NCBI GenBank assembly: GCA_050175015.1
Contig: JBFXJJ010000012.1
Span: 1 to 64,000 of the forward strand
From: Alphaproteobacteria bacterium
GTDB taxonomy: Bacteria > Pseudomonadota > Alphaproteobacteria > JBFXJJ01
Direction: 5' to 3'
Length of the DNA: 64,000 bases
Part shown: positions 29,128-38,653 of the stretch, piece after piece
How the letters are laid out: each line of letters starts with the position of its first letter
Position numbering within the stretch: position 1 is the first letter of the stretch
Notes under the pieces: model-generated
What the model saw: the letters and a program-made list of their open reading frames with translations, nothing else
Databases searched by the model: none
What the model was told of the DNA's origin: nothing
Made by a program: the position numbers and the translations under genes

Positions 29128-30483
29128 TCATATTGGCAATGTTATTAAAACTCTTAAGCCATTAATTGGACTTTCATCAAGAGATATTTCGCCTCCGTGA
29201 GAGGTTATAATATCTTTTGCAATACTTAGTCCTAAACCAACGCCTCCTGTTGATTTGTTTCTAGAGTTGTCAATTCTGGAAAAGGCTTTAAATACCTCAT
29301 CATATTTTTCTTTAGGGATGCCAATTCCGTCATCATCAATTGTTATCTTAAAATTACTTTTAGTCGCAAAGGTTGCAACAGAAATATTATGGTTACCATA
29401 TTTTACGGCATTAGCAATAATATTTGTTAAGCATCTTTCAAAAGCATTTTTACGCAGTACCATTGTTGTTGAGCTGTTAATATCAAGATTAAAGCTTTTT
29501 TCGGTTTTTTTAAATTTATTCACAACATTGTTGATAATGTCTTCAACTTGAATTTTGACAGCTTTTTCTTCACCTTCGCCTCTCGCAAATGATAAATAAC
29601 CCTCAATCATAGTTTCCATTTCTTCAACATCGGCTAAAAGTTCTTTGATTTCTTCATTCGACGACATCATAGCTAATTGTAATTTCATTCGTGTAATTGG
29701 CGTTCTTAAATCATGAGAAACGCCTGCAAGCATATTAACCCTTTCAGATATCTGTCTTTTTATGCGCTCTTTCATTAAGATAAAAGCTTGAGAGGCTTTT
29801 CTTATTTCTGAAGCTCCTTCAAGTTTGAAGTTGGAAACATCTTGTCCTTTACCAAAATTTTCTGAGGCCTGAGCTAAACGGTACACAGGGCGTATTTGGT
29901 TTTTCATAAAAATTGTAGCTATTCCAAACAATAAAATAGAAATAATAATCATAAAGCCGATAAAAGTGTATGTTGTAGAGCTAAAGAAACGCTTGCTTGG
30001 CGTTGTAATAATTAATAATCCATCATTTAACTGTACAAAGATATTAATTTTTTTATCATCTTTTGAACCTCCTATGGTGTAAGGATAGCTCATATTGCTT
30101 TTTAATATTTCGTTTAAAGATTCAACTAAGACCGTTGTTGGAATAGATTCTGTTTTTTGGGGAAGTTTTTGATCTTTTTGGAAGGAAATTTCCATAAGAA
30201 GGCGCTGCTTTGCCGTTTTAAAGAGTGTGCTGTTAATGTCATCGTCATTAAAATGATTCTTAAGCTGAATAATAAAGGTGATATCACCAACAAGATCAGT
30301 CGCTAAACGGCGAGATACGGTTTCCCAGTGACGGTTAAAAAAGAAATAGGCGGTTGTGAATTGGAAAAGCAGCAAAGGCGTAACGATGATTAAAAGAGAA
30401 CGTTTTAAGAGACTCTTGGGAATAAAACGCTGCTTAAAATATTGTAAAAATGTTTTTTTTCTAATCTTTTGCTTTTCTGCCAT
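29128..30483 (-). CDS. EnvZ-like membrane sensor kinase (HAMP-HisKA-HATPase)
   Basis: Two TM helices, FFNRHWETVSRRL, SHDLRTP, DDDGIGI, GGVGLGLSI. Confidence 0.93.
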   Translation of the reverse strand: MAEKQKIRKKTFLQYFKQRFIPKSLLKRSLLIIVTPLLLFQFTTAYFFFNRHWETVSRRLATDLVGDITFIIQLKNHFNDDDINSTLFKTAKQRLLMEISFQKDQKLPQKTESIPTTVLVESLNEILKSNMSYPYTIGGSKDDKKINIFVQLNDGLLIITTPSKRFFSSTTYTFIGFMIIISILLFGIATIFMKNQIRPVYRLAQASENFGKGQDVSNFKLEGASEIRKASQAFILMKERIKRQISERVNMLAGVSHDLRTPITRMKLQLAMMSSNEEIKELLADVEEMETMIEGYLSFARGEGEEKAVKIQVEDIINNVVNKFKKTEKSFNLDINSSTTMVLRKNAFERCLTNIIANAVKYGNHNISVATFATKSNFKITIDDDGIGIPKEKYDEVFKAFSRIDNSRNKSTGGVGLGLSIAKDIITSHGGEISLDESPINGLRVLITLPI

Positions 30484-30492
30484 CTTATATTG

Positions 30493-31188
30493 TTATTCTG
30501 GTAACAGAATATATCCCTTGCCTCTAATTGTTTGTAGAAACTTTGGTTCTTTAGTGTCTGGCTCAATCTTTTTTCTAAGTCGTGTAATCTGAACATCTAC
30601 TGTTCTTAAGTTTTGCCCTGAAAATGTTAAATCCGCAAGCGTTTCTCTAGAAACTATTTGTCCTAACTTATCGGTCATAATTTTTAGAAGCGTTTTTTCA
30701 ACTGGTGAGAGGTGAACAACTACGTCTTTATAGGTTAATTTTCCAGTGTTAGGATTATAACAAGAATCACCAAACTTGATATTTTGGTAACGAGGTTTTT
30801 CATTCTTAGGGATTCTTTTGAGAATATTGTTAATTCTTAACAGCAGCTCTTTTGGTTCAAAAGGTTTGGGCAAATAGTCATCGGCACCATATTCAAGACC
30901 TGTGATGCGTTCATTTACTTCTGACATTGCCGTCAGCATTAAAATCGGGGTCATATTTTCTTTGCGGAACCTAAGAACAAATGAAAAACCATCTTCTCCA
31001 GGCATCATAACATCAACAATAAGCAAATCGAAGTTGAAGATACTTATCATTTTGTCGGCATTCTTAGTATCTTCTGCGGTGCTTACATAAAAACCGTTTT
31101 CTAAAAGATATTTTTTTAATAAGTTTCTGAGACGATTATCATCGTCAATCACTAGGATATGCTGCTTTTTTTTATGTATATGATTCAT
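30493..31188 (-). CDS. OmpR-family response regulator
   Basis: ILVIDDD, VDVMMPGEDG, GADDYLPKPF, RTVDVQITRLRKKIE. Confidence 0.95.
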   Translation of the reverse strand: MNHIHKKKQHILVIDDDNRLRNLLKKYLLENGFYVSTAEDTKNADKMISIFNFDLLIVDVMMPGEDGFSFVLRFRKENMTPILMLTAMSEVNERITGLEYGADDYLPKPFEPKELLLRINNILKRIPKNEKPRYQNIKFGDSCYNPNTGKLTYKDVVVHLSPVEKTLLKIMTDKLGQIVSRETLADLTFSGQNLRTVDVQITRLRKKIEPDTKEPKFLQTIRGKGYILLPE

Positions 31189-31341
31189 AATTTAACAAGT
31201 ATAATGTTTTTTATCTTATTTTACAGTATAGATTTTTCTTGTTAGCTAATTTTAAGCATAAAAAGTATTAGAAAATCTAAAAACAGGTTTTTAAATATCA
31301 AAAACAGTAAAAATTATTAATTCGTTAAAAAATAATATAAT

Positions 31342-31902
31342 TTATTTTTCGTTAGCCATAATAACCGAGGTTGTTTTCTTTAAATAGTCATATCCTGTGA
31401 TAACTGTCAAAAAGCCAGCAAACCACAAAACAATTTCACCTATATGAGAAAAATCAAAGCCTGTTATTTCGTCTTTACCAACAATTAAAATAGGAAGAGC
31501 AATCATTTGGGTAACCGCCTTCCATTTTGCCAATTTGGTAACTTTTAATTCTGTATTATATTTGGCTAAAAAGCTGTGCAGTCCAGAAACAATAATTTCT
31601 CGGCATACAATTAAAACAGCAGGGATTAGACCCAAATTAGAAAGTCTTGAAGTTGCGGCAAGCATTAATATTGTTGCTGCTACAAGAAGCTTATCGGCAA
31701 TAGTGTCAAGAAGTCTGCCATAAGAGGAAACTTGATTTGTTGAACGGGCAATCCAGCCATCGAGTAAATCAGTAAGAGCAGCTACTGCGAAAATAAAGCA
31801 AGCAATCCAATGTATATATTTATAATCAATATACATTGTTGAAAAAACCAAAGGAATTAGCAAGATTCTAGAGATAGTTAGTATGTTTGGTAGATTAAAC
31901 AC
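31342..31902 (-). CDS. pgsA: Phosphatidylglycerophosphate synthase
   Basis: NLPNILTISR, TDLLDGWIAR..GRLLDTIADK; follows uvrC. Confidence 0.93.
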   Translation of the reverse strand: MFNLPNILTISRILLIPLVFSTMYIDYKYIHWIACFIFAVAALTDLLDGWIARSTNQVSSYGRLLDTIADKLLVAATILMLAATSRLSNLGLIPAVLIVCREIIVSGLHSFLAKYNTELKVTKLAKWKAVTQMIALPILIVGKDEITGFDFSHIGEIVLWFAGFLTVITGYDYLKKTTSVIMANEK

Positions 31903-31970
31903 GTTATGGCAGCCTTATTTTGACATTATTGATTATTTTACTCATATATATATTTAACGTTAATTAATAA

Positions 31971-33803
31971 TTAATGAAAGTGTTTGTAGATAATTTCTGC
32001 AATTTTTTTATTTATCCCAGATACTTTAACAAGATCATCAAGGCTGGCGTCCGCAATAGCCTTAACCGAACCGAAGTGTGCTATTAGAGCTTTCTTCCTT
32101 ATTTTTCCTATGTTTTTGATGTCTTCAACTGCAGAACGAAGGGTGTCATTTTTCTTTTTCTTAGTCATTATTCCTAAGGCGAAATTATGGACTTCCTGCC
32201 CTAACATTTGGATAAAATGAAATACAGAACTAAAAGAATCGATAGTTACGGTTTGCCCATTTTCTAAAACAAACTTTTCATATTCGTGTTTATCATTTTT
32301 TGTTGCTCCTATAACTGTTATGCCTGTTATATTTAAATCAGACAAAACAGATAAAGCTGCATTTAATTGCGGTTTACCGCCATCAACAAAAATAACATCC
32401 GGCATTTCTGTAATGGGGTGATTTTTTTGAAGAAAGCGCCTCGTTATTACTTCTTTCATCATTGCGGGGTCATTTGCAGTAATAGAGCTGTCTTTGATGT
32501 AAAACTTTCTTTTGTCTCTTCTTATGATTCCATTTTCATCGGCGGCGATTAATGCACCAACGGCGTTTGTGCCGCTTAAATGGCTGTTATCATAAAATTC
32601 AATTCTCTTGGGTATATGGACGAGGTTAAAGATTTGAACCAGATTTTTAAATATCTCTTTTTTAAAATTCTTATCAGAGAGTTTGCGAGCTAAGGCTGTT
32701 TGAGCATTTTTAATCACATTTTGAACAATTTTTTGCCGCACTCCTCTTTGAGGAACCGTAATTGTTACTTTGCTTCCTTTTTGTTTTGAAAAGAATTTTT
32801 CATATTCTTCAGGATAAGCGATAGGCATAGATAAAACAATTTCTGAAGGTGGAAATCGTTCATCATAAAAATGATTTAGAAAGGCCTCCAAAATTTCGCT
32901 TAAAGAAAAATCTGAAATGTTGGCAGGGAAATAAGCATAGTTGCCACAGCTTGTGGCAGCTCGGTAAAAAAACACTTCAATACATACCAAGCTATCTTGC
33001 TTGAAAATTCCAATTACATCGGCATCTTTTAAATTAAGAGAAGCTTGATTATGGTCTTGAATCAAATTCAACGCCCTTATGCGGTCTCGAAAATTGGCGG
33101 CTAGCTCAAAATCATAATTCTTGCTGGCGTCTTCCATTTTTTTGGTAAGTTCTTTTTGTAAATTTTGGTTTTTGCCAGATAGGAAGTTTTGGGCTTCAAG
33201 AACAAGTTCTTGGTAGTTTTCATGAGATATTTTTTCAACGCAGGGAGCGGAACATCTTTTTATTTGATATAACAAACAAGGTTTAGACCTGCTCTTAAAA
33301 ACGACATCGGAACAACTTCGCAGTAGAAAAGCCTTTTGCAAAATAGTTAAAGTCTGGTTTACGGCACTTACGGCGGCAAAAGGTCCAAAATAAACGCCTT
33401 TTATATTCTGCCGTCCTCGGTGTTTGGTAATTTTAGGAAAATTATGTTCCTTATTAATCAATATAAAAGGAAAGCTTTTATCATCACGCAAAAGAATGTT
33501 GTATCTAGGCAGCAGCTTTTTAATAAGATCATTTTCTAAAATCAAAGCTGCAGTTTCATTTTCGGTTACAATTATTTCAATGTCATATGTTTGGGCAATC
33601 ATTCGTTTTATGCGGGGTGAGAGCGCATTAAATCTAGTGTATGATGTTAGCCTCTTTTTTAAATTTTTAGCTTTGCCAACATAAAGAACGTCGCCATTTT
33701 GATTTAGCATACGGTAAACACCAGGGTTTTCTGGTGCATTTTTTATTTTTTCTTTAACGCTACGAATTCCTGCGGAGCTAATTTTTGATTCGTTTTTAAT
33801 CAA
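31971..33803 (-). CDS. uvrC: Excinuclease ABC subunit C
   Basis: PGVYRM, YVGKAKNL, PRYNILLRDDK, YDNSH, VDGG, C-terminal HhH. Confidence 0.97.
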   Translation of the reverse strand: MIKNESKISSAGIRSVKEKIKNAPENPGVYRMLNQNGDVLYVGKAKNLKKRLTSYTRFNALSPRIKRMIAQTYDIEIIVTENETAALILENDLIKKLLPRYNILLRDDKSFPFILINKEHNFPKITKHRGRQNIKGVYFGPFAAVSAVNQTLTILQKAFLLRSCSDVVFKSRSKPCLLYQIKRCSAPCVEKISHENYQELVLEAQNFLSGKNQNLQKELTKKMEDASKNYDFELAANFRDRIRALNLIQDHNQASLNLKDADVIGIFKQDSLVCIEVFFYRAATSCGNYAYFPANISDFSLSEILEAFLNHFYDERFPPSEIVLSMPIAYPEEYEKFFSKQKGSKVTITVPQRGVRQKIVQNVIKNAQTALARKLSDKNFKKEIFKNLVQIFNLVHIPKRIEFYDNSHLSGTNAVGALIAADENGIIRRDKRKFYIKDSSITANDPAMMKEVITRRFLQKNHPITEMPDVIFVDGGKPQLNAALSVLSDLNITGITVIGATKNDKHEYEKFVLENGQTVTIDSFSSVFHFIQMLGQEVHNFALGIMTKKKKNDTLRSAVEDIKNIGKIRKKALIAHFGSVKAIADASLDDLVKVSGINKKIAEIIYKHFH

Positions 33804-33904
33804 GGTTTTTTACAAAATTAAGATTTTTTAAGTGTTAAAATAATATTTTATATCTTAAAGAAAATTTTTTTAAACAATAAACATAGTCAAGTTAAGCATA
33901 TGGT

Positions 33905-33925
33905 TGTGGATAACTTTGTTGAAAA
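33905..33925. promoter_or_regulatory. DnaA box (perfect) plus adjacent degenerate box upstream of uvrC
   Basis: TGTGGATAA at 33905-33913 (reverse complement TTATCCACA); TGTTGAAAA at 33917-33925 (two mismatches). Confidence 0.6.
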
Positions 33926-34083
33926 TTTTTTTATAAAGACTTTAAGTTGTTGTATATCCTTTGTTTTTAACTATTTGTTAACCTTTTGGTACACTATATC
34001 TAATAGATTGATTATAAACGATATTTTGTAATATTGTTTAGGCTAAAATTTAAAAAATTTATTTAATATTGCTTTTTGAATCT

Positions 34084-34134
34084 AAATAAAATAAGGGAGC
34101 GTTTTCTTGTGAAAAACTCCCCTATTTATTTTTT
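34084..34134 (-). terminator. Terminator after the hydrogenase-MCP gene
   Basis: AATAAGGGAG..CTCCCCTATT stem flanked by A/T tracts. Confidence 0.7.
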
Positions 34135-34148
34135 GATTCTGTCTTATT

Positions 34149-36092
34149 CTAGTTCATATTTTTTATTTCATTAGCAGTAAGTTCAATACTGCTAACAACT
34201 TCTCCAGATTGAGCCGAACTTTGGTTAAAAGCTTCTTCCAAAGAATTAAAACGCTGTTCAATCGAATGAATATTAAGTTGCAGTTGTTCATAAATTACCG
34301 AAACATCATCTAATTTATGGTTGATTGCTTGTTCACTTTCTTTGGTAGTTTCAATAACTTTCTTTGACTCTCCCGCAAGTTTTCTAACTTCTTCAGCAAC
34401 AACAGCAAACCCTTTACCAGCATCGCCAGCTCTTGCTGCTTCAATAGTAGCATTAAGAGCAAGCAAGTTGGTTTGAGCTGCAATATCCACAATTTCTTCA
34501 GAAACTCTAGAAAATTCATTAAGATTGATTTTAACACCATCAATAACATTGTTAAGATTTCCTGATACGGATAAAATTTCTTCTAAATTTTGCCGTAAAC
34601 CATCAAAATGTTCGGCATTGCTGCCCGTAATTTGACTTAAATATTTTGCCTGACCCAAAATATTATCAACATTGTTATTGATTGTTATAAATTTGTTTTT
34701 TCTCTCTTCATTAAAAGCTTCAATTTTTTCAATATTCTTAACCAGCTCATCATTTTTGGCTAAGATAATATTTTGTTCATATTCCAGCTCTTTTTTATTA
34801 TAAAACATACAGTTTTCTTTGTGATTTTGACCTTTAAAAACAGCGGTTGCAAATCTTTTACAGCTGCCATAACCGCAGGCTCCACAATTAATTTCACGGG
34901 ACTCTTTGGTATCTTTATGTAAACTATTAAAAACTTGATCAAATTCTGTAGAATTAGGATTAGATATTTTAATTTCACTAGAATGGTCAGAATAACGTCT
35001 TAAAAAATCTTCCAATTTTAAGTTCTCTTCACACCATTTTTCCATAGTATAAATAGATTCCTTAAAACGCTTTTTTTCGGTTTTATCAATAATCACCTGC
35101 TGTTTCATAACATTAGTACGATAATCAATATCGTCAATTTCAATATCGCGACCCGTGCCTGTACCAAGATTACAGCCTTGCGCACAATTTAAAATATCGA
35201 CTAAAAGCGGTGTTTTTTTACCTTCTTTAATTCTATCAGCATAGTTATCTAAATAGTGATAGGCGTGTTCAAAACCTTCAACCTGTTTTACCCAAGCGCC
35301 CGTAACATAATGCTCAACATTTTCCCTAAGACCACCAGGGCGGCTATAAGTTAAGCCTAGACCACAGGTTGGAATATTATCAAAGTCTTTTTCCTCATAT
35401 GAGGTTAAGTTGATTTTGTTTTTTTCTAAATATTCGTGAATTTTAGCATAAGTAACGTTATATTGCAGAATATTCTTCGTATTAGGATCATTGACTTCAT
35501 CGTATTTAGCAATGCAAGGAGAAAGAATAGCAATCGGTTCCGAAATATCCATATATTTGCGCATATAAACTGCGGTACAGCTTATAGGACTATGAACTGG
35601 GGATAACTGAGAAAGAATCTCTGGTTTATATTTTTGAATATAATTAACAATCGCAGGGCATGGCTGAGCAATGACCGTTTTCAGTCCTTTAGTTGCAATA
35701 GCCTTAAGATAGGCCCAAGTAGTAATGTCAGCGCCAAAGGAAACGTCATAAATTACATTAACGCCGATCGACTTTAAATAGCCAAATAATTTCTTATAGT
35801 TGCTAAAATTGTGATAAACAGAAGGCGCTGCAACGCAGGAAATGCGTCTGCCCTTCTTTAGATCATCAAAAAATTCCTCGGTATCGTCAATATAATAGCG
35901 AGCTTCGTGATCGCAGACTGCAATACAAGCTCCACATTTAATACATTTAGTATCATCAACTTTAATGATACTCTTGCCGTTTTCAATGGCGCTGTAGTTG
36001 GCTTCAAGCGTCGGACAGGCAGCAATGCACTTGTTGCAGCCTACGCACTTTTCAGCGTCAACATTAATAATTTTTTTTAAAGGTTTAAGCAT
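34149..36092 (-). CDS. Soluble sensory [FeFe]-hydrogenase-like protein fused to a methyl-accepting chemotaxis domain (group C type)
   Basis: Two CxxCxxCxxxC ferredoxin motifs; H-domain L1 AQPCP, L2 [10 protein letters not shown]3 [12 protein letters not shown]; CGACGYGSC FeS motif; MCP tip [34 protein letters not shown]; no TM. Confidence 0.9.
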   Translation of the reverse strand: MLKPLKKIINVDAEKCVGCNKCIAACPTLEANYSAIENGKSIIKVDDTKCIKCGACIAVCDHEARYYIDDTEEFFDDLKKGRRISCVAAPSVYHNFSNYKKLFGYLKSIGVNVIYDVSFGADITTWAYLKAIATKGLKTVIAQPCPAIVNYIQKYKPEILSQLSPVHSPISCTAVYMRKYMDISEPIAILSPCIAKYDEVNDPNTKNILQYNVTYAKIHEYLEKNKINLTSYEEKDFDNIPTCGLGLTYSRPGGLRENVEHYVTGAWVKQVEGFEHAYHYLDNYADRIKEGKKTPLLVDILNCAQGCNLGTGTGRDIEIDDIDYRTNVMKQQVIIDKTEKKRFKESIYTMEKWCEENLKLEDFLRRYSDHSSEIKISNPNSTEFDQVFNSLHKDTKESREINCGACGYGSCKRFATAVFKGQNHKENCMFYNKKELEYEQNIILAKNDELVKNIEKIEAFNEERKNKFITINNNVDNILGQAKYLSQITGSNAEHFDGLRQNLEEILSVSGNLNNVIDGVKINLNEFSRVSEEIVDIAAQTNLLALNATIEAARAGDAGKGFAVVAEEVRKLAGESKKVIETTKESEQAINHKLDDVSVIYEQLQLNIHSIEQRFNSLEEAFNQSSAQSGEVVSSIELTANEIKNMN

Positions 36093-36143
36093 AAGAACAC
36101 CTCCTAATGTGATAAATATTAGAAAGCCACCGAGCGAACTCGG

Positions 36144-36231
36144 TGGTCAGGGTGTTCGAAACCTTATAGAAAGATTAAGGCATAGCTGTCTTTAGCCAAA
36201 GCCTGAACATACACAACTATCACCCCGACCA
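36144..36231 (-). ncRNA. Putative C4/CI-like tRNA-shaped antisense RNA (~88 nt) within the hydrogenase-MCP leader
   Basis: Closing stem UGGUCGGGGUG/CACCCUGACCA; inner arm AUAGUUGU/ACAGCUAU; CCUUA/UAAGG arm with CUUUCUA in the loop; single-stranded UUUCGAA; both exposed segments complement upstream leader sites. Confidence 0.55.
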
Positions 36232-36365
36232 GAAAAGAAAAAGCCGAGGTTTAACACGTTATCTTTCGGTCTGTGCTTGACCGCTTTCTAAAAGGGGTTT
36301 CGAAGCCCCAGTTTGCAAAATCTGCAAACCTTTTTGACACTAAAAGATAATTGTGAAAAACACAA
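36232..36365 (-). promoter_or_regulatory. Putative promoter, antisense target sites and attenuator-like hairpin of the leader
   Basis: TTGTGT-17bp-TAGTGT on the minus strand; hairpins TTTGCA/TGCAAA and GGGG-CTTCGAAA-CCCC; CCGA..TCGG stem followed by TTTTTCTTTTCT. Confidence 0.45.
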
Positions 36366-36491
36366 GGTTATAATTTGATATTAGGCACAAATTAAGAAAA
36401 AACATTTGCATTAAAAGATTATTTTTAGAGCTTTGAGACAAGCGGTTGAGGTCTTAGTTTTTAGATTATCTCTAAAAGAAAGTCTAGTGTT

Positions 36492-36788
36492 TTATTTACA
36501 ACAGATATTTTTTAAGGTTTTTATTATGTCTCTGATGTTATCGCCTTTGAGGCGGTATATTACATTGAGACCATTTTTTTCATACTCAACAAGATCAAGG
36601 TTTTTTAGAACGGCTAAATGCTGCGACATTGGAGATAAAGACAATCCAGAGGCTTCTGCCATCTCAGATACTGTCATTTCCTTACTGCAAAGCATACACA
36701 AAATCATAAGCCTTTTTTCGTTATCAAGTGCTTTAATTAAACCCAATGCTTTTTCAAGGCTTTCCTTTTTAAATGGTAAATCTTCCAT
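36492..36788 (-). CDS. ArsR/SmtB regulator of BigR/SqrR (persulfide-sensing) type
   Basis: KRLMILCML, SQHLAVLK, C-terminal NICCK; start at ATG 36788 has an AGAGGT RBS. Confidence 0.85.
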   Translation of the reverse strand: MEDLPFKKESLEKALGLIKALDNEKRLMILCMLCSKEMTVSEMAEASGLSLSPMSQHLAVLKNLDLVEYEKNGLNVIYRLKGDNIRDIIKTLKNICCK

Positions 36789-36805
36789 ATTATTTTTTTT
36801 ACCTC

Positions 36806-36853
36806 TTGACATCTTGTTTAGAGTAAACTAAATTAGAATTATCTAAATTAGTT
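36806..36853 (+). promoter_or_regulatory. Sigma70 promoter of the YeeE operon with overlapping ArsR-type operator
   Basis: TTGACA (36806-36811), 17 bp, TAAATT (36829-36834); inverted repeat AACTAAATTAGA-N4-TCTAAATTAGTT (36826-36853, one mismatch). Confidence 0.65.
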
Positions 36854-36886
36854 ATATCATCTTTATTATAGCAACAGGATAGGGAA

Positions 36887-37537
36887 ATGAGAAAGCAAAA
36901 AATGACATCAAGAGAGCTTAGGCAATGGTTTTTTACCCCTTTGTTTATATTGGTTATAGCTCTTGGCTGGAAATACCCATATTTGGGATATATGGCTCCA
37001 GTTACTATGGCAGCAGGGTTTGCTGTAAGCTTTTTTAAAGGAAGATACATTTGTGGCAATTACTGCCCTAGAGGGGCTTTTTTTGATAGACTTATGTCTA
37101 GGTTGACTTTAAGCCGCCCGATTCCTAAATTCTTAAAAAAGAAATCTTTTCGTTATGGCGTTGTTGTTTTTATGTTGTCTTTAATGACATATAAAATTGC
37201 GATTAATCCTTTTGATGCCAAATATATCGGACTGGTTTTTTGGCAGATGTGTTTTGCGACATCTTTACTTGGGGTTACATTAGCCGTGTTGTATAAGCCT
37301 AGAACGTGGTGTTCTTTTTGTCCTATGGGAACAATCGAAGCTGCTATTGGCGGCAACAAACAGCCGATAGTTTCACAAAAAGGGGTTTGCAAATCTTGCG
37401 GCTTATGTGAAAAAAGATGTCCTATGGAATTGGAGATAGTTAATAAAGTAGAAGATGGAACTATCGCCAATCCTGATTGTATTAAATGTGGTGAATGTAT
37501 CGGCTCTTGTCCGATAAAAACGTTAAGGAGGAAATAA
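36887..37537 (+). CDS. Membrane 4Fe-4S protein (NapH/YccM/RdxA-like)
   Basis: GRYICGNYCPRG, RTWCSFCPMG, CKSCGLCEKRCP, CIKCGECIGSCP; several TM helices. Confidence 0.88.
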   Translation: MRKQKMTSRELRQWFFTPLFILVIALGWKYPYLGYMAPVTMAAGFAVSFFKGRYICGNYCPRGAFFDRLMSRLTLSRPIPKFLKKKSFRYGVVVFMLSLMTYKIAINPFDAKYIGLVFWQMCFATSLLGVTLAVLYKPRTWCSFCPMGTIEAAIGGNKQPIVSQKGVCKSCGLCEKRCPMELEIVNKVEDGTIANPDCIKCGECIGSCPIKTLRRK

Positions 37538-37538
37538 A

Positions 37539-38069
37539 ATGAGTAAAGATTGTCAGTTGTCTTTTCGCAATAAAGCCTGGTCGCCCTATGTCGTCGGGGT
37601 TTTAATCGGACTGCTTCAAATTCCAGCTTTTATGCTAATTCATACGGCGCTTGGAGCATCATCTTCATTTGTTACCGCTGCGGCAGATATTTTAAGAGTG
37701 TTTGATCCTGCGGTTGGTGAAATAAAATATGCTGCCAAGCACTTTGATGGCGGAAAAAACTTTTGGCAGTTGACTATGGTTATAAGCATTGCCTTAGGCG
37801 CATTTATTTCGGCTTATTTTTCTAAATCACTGAAAAAGGAAAATTCGCCAGTATGGAATAAAGCTCTTAAAAACTATAGCAAAGGCAAAAGATTTTTGAT
37901 GGCATTTATTGGCGGTTTTGTTGTGCTTATGGGGTCAAGAATTGCCGATGGCTGTACGAGTGGACACGGAGTTTCAGGCATAGCTCAACTAGCAATAGGT
38001 TCTACCGTTGCAATCGTTTTTATGTTTGTTGGCGGTTTTATAACAGCCAAATTCTTTAATAAAATATAA
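37539..38069 (+). CDS. YeeE/YedE sulfur-compound transporter subunit
   Basis: WSPYVVG, LGASSSF, GSRIADGCTSGHG. Confidence 0.9.
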   Translation: MSKDCQLSFRNKAWSPYVVGVLIGLLQIPAFMLIHTALGASSSFVTAAADILRVFDPAVGEIKYAAKHFDGGKNFWQLTMVISIALGAFISAYFSKSLKKENSPVWNKALKNYSKGKRFLMAFIGGFVVLMGSRIADGCTSGHGVSGIAQLAIGSTVAIVFMFVGGFITAKFFNKI

Positions 38070-38653
38070 TGGAGGCAGAAATGACAGTATTTTCATCAAT
38101 CGTTGTTGGAATTCTAATGGGGATAGCCTTCGGATTCTTAATCGAAAAAGGGCGTATTTTTGAACCTGGATATATTGTTGGTCAGATGCAGCTGCGTAAG
38201 TTTATTATGCTCAAAGTTTTTTTAACCGCTGTAGCAACAGGTTTAATCGTAATTTCGATAATGTATAGTTTTGGTCTTGTTAAACTCCACCCTAAGGCTT
38301 TAATGTGGGGAGCCGATGTTATTGGCGGCTTATTGCTTGGGATAGGTGTTACGATTGCGGGAGCTTGCCCAGGAACTATTTTAGCTCAAGTCGGCGTTGG
38401 TTATAAAGATGCGTGGTTCAGCCTTTTGGGTGGTTTAACAGGAGCTGCGGTATATATTTATTTAGAGCCAAGTCTGACCCAAACAATATTTTACAAATCA
38501 TTGGGTAAAATCACGCTGGCAGATTTAACGGGAATACCTTTTGCCGCATTAGCTCTGCCGATAGCTGGCGTTATATTTTTAGGACTTTACTTTTTAGAAA
38601 AGAAAATTCCTTGGCAGAGTGAAATTGGAGATAATGCTGACGGCGTATCATAA
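38069..38653 (+). CDS. YeeE/YedE sulfur-compound transporter subunit
   Basis: [22 protein letters not shown]; coupled to the previous gene by TAATG. Confidence 0.9.
   Translation: MEAEMTVFSSIVVGILMGIAFGFLIEKGRIFEPGYIVGQMQLRKFIMLKVFLTAVATGLIVISIMYSFGLVKLHPKALMWGADVIGGLLLGIGVTIAGACPGTILAQVGVGYKDAWFSLLGGLTGAAVYIYLEPSLTQTIFYKSLGKITLADLTGIPFAALALPIAGVIFLGLYFLEKKIPWQSEIGDNADGVS

Noticed and set aside
31960-31974. CtrA-like TTAA-N7-TTAAC between uvrC and pgsA
   Set aside because: Expected by chance in very AT-rich DNA
31971-32260. UvrC RDEAH motif altered to GQEVH
   Set aside because: The main catalytic Asp, Asp and His residues appear retained; ordinary divergence
36093-36365. c-di-GMP, SAM, cobalamin or T-box riboswitch upstream of the chemoreceptor
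   Set aside because: I could not find their core consensus motifs; the paired complementary sites fit an antisense cassette better
36351-36365. TTGTG-AAAAA-CACAA as a Rex or CRP/FNR box
   Set aside because: Spacing is too short for those consensus sites; it may be another operator but cannot be assigned
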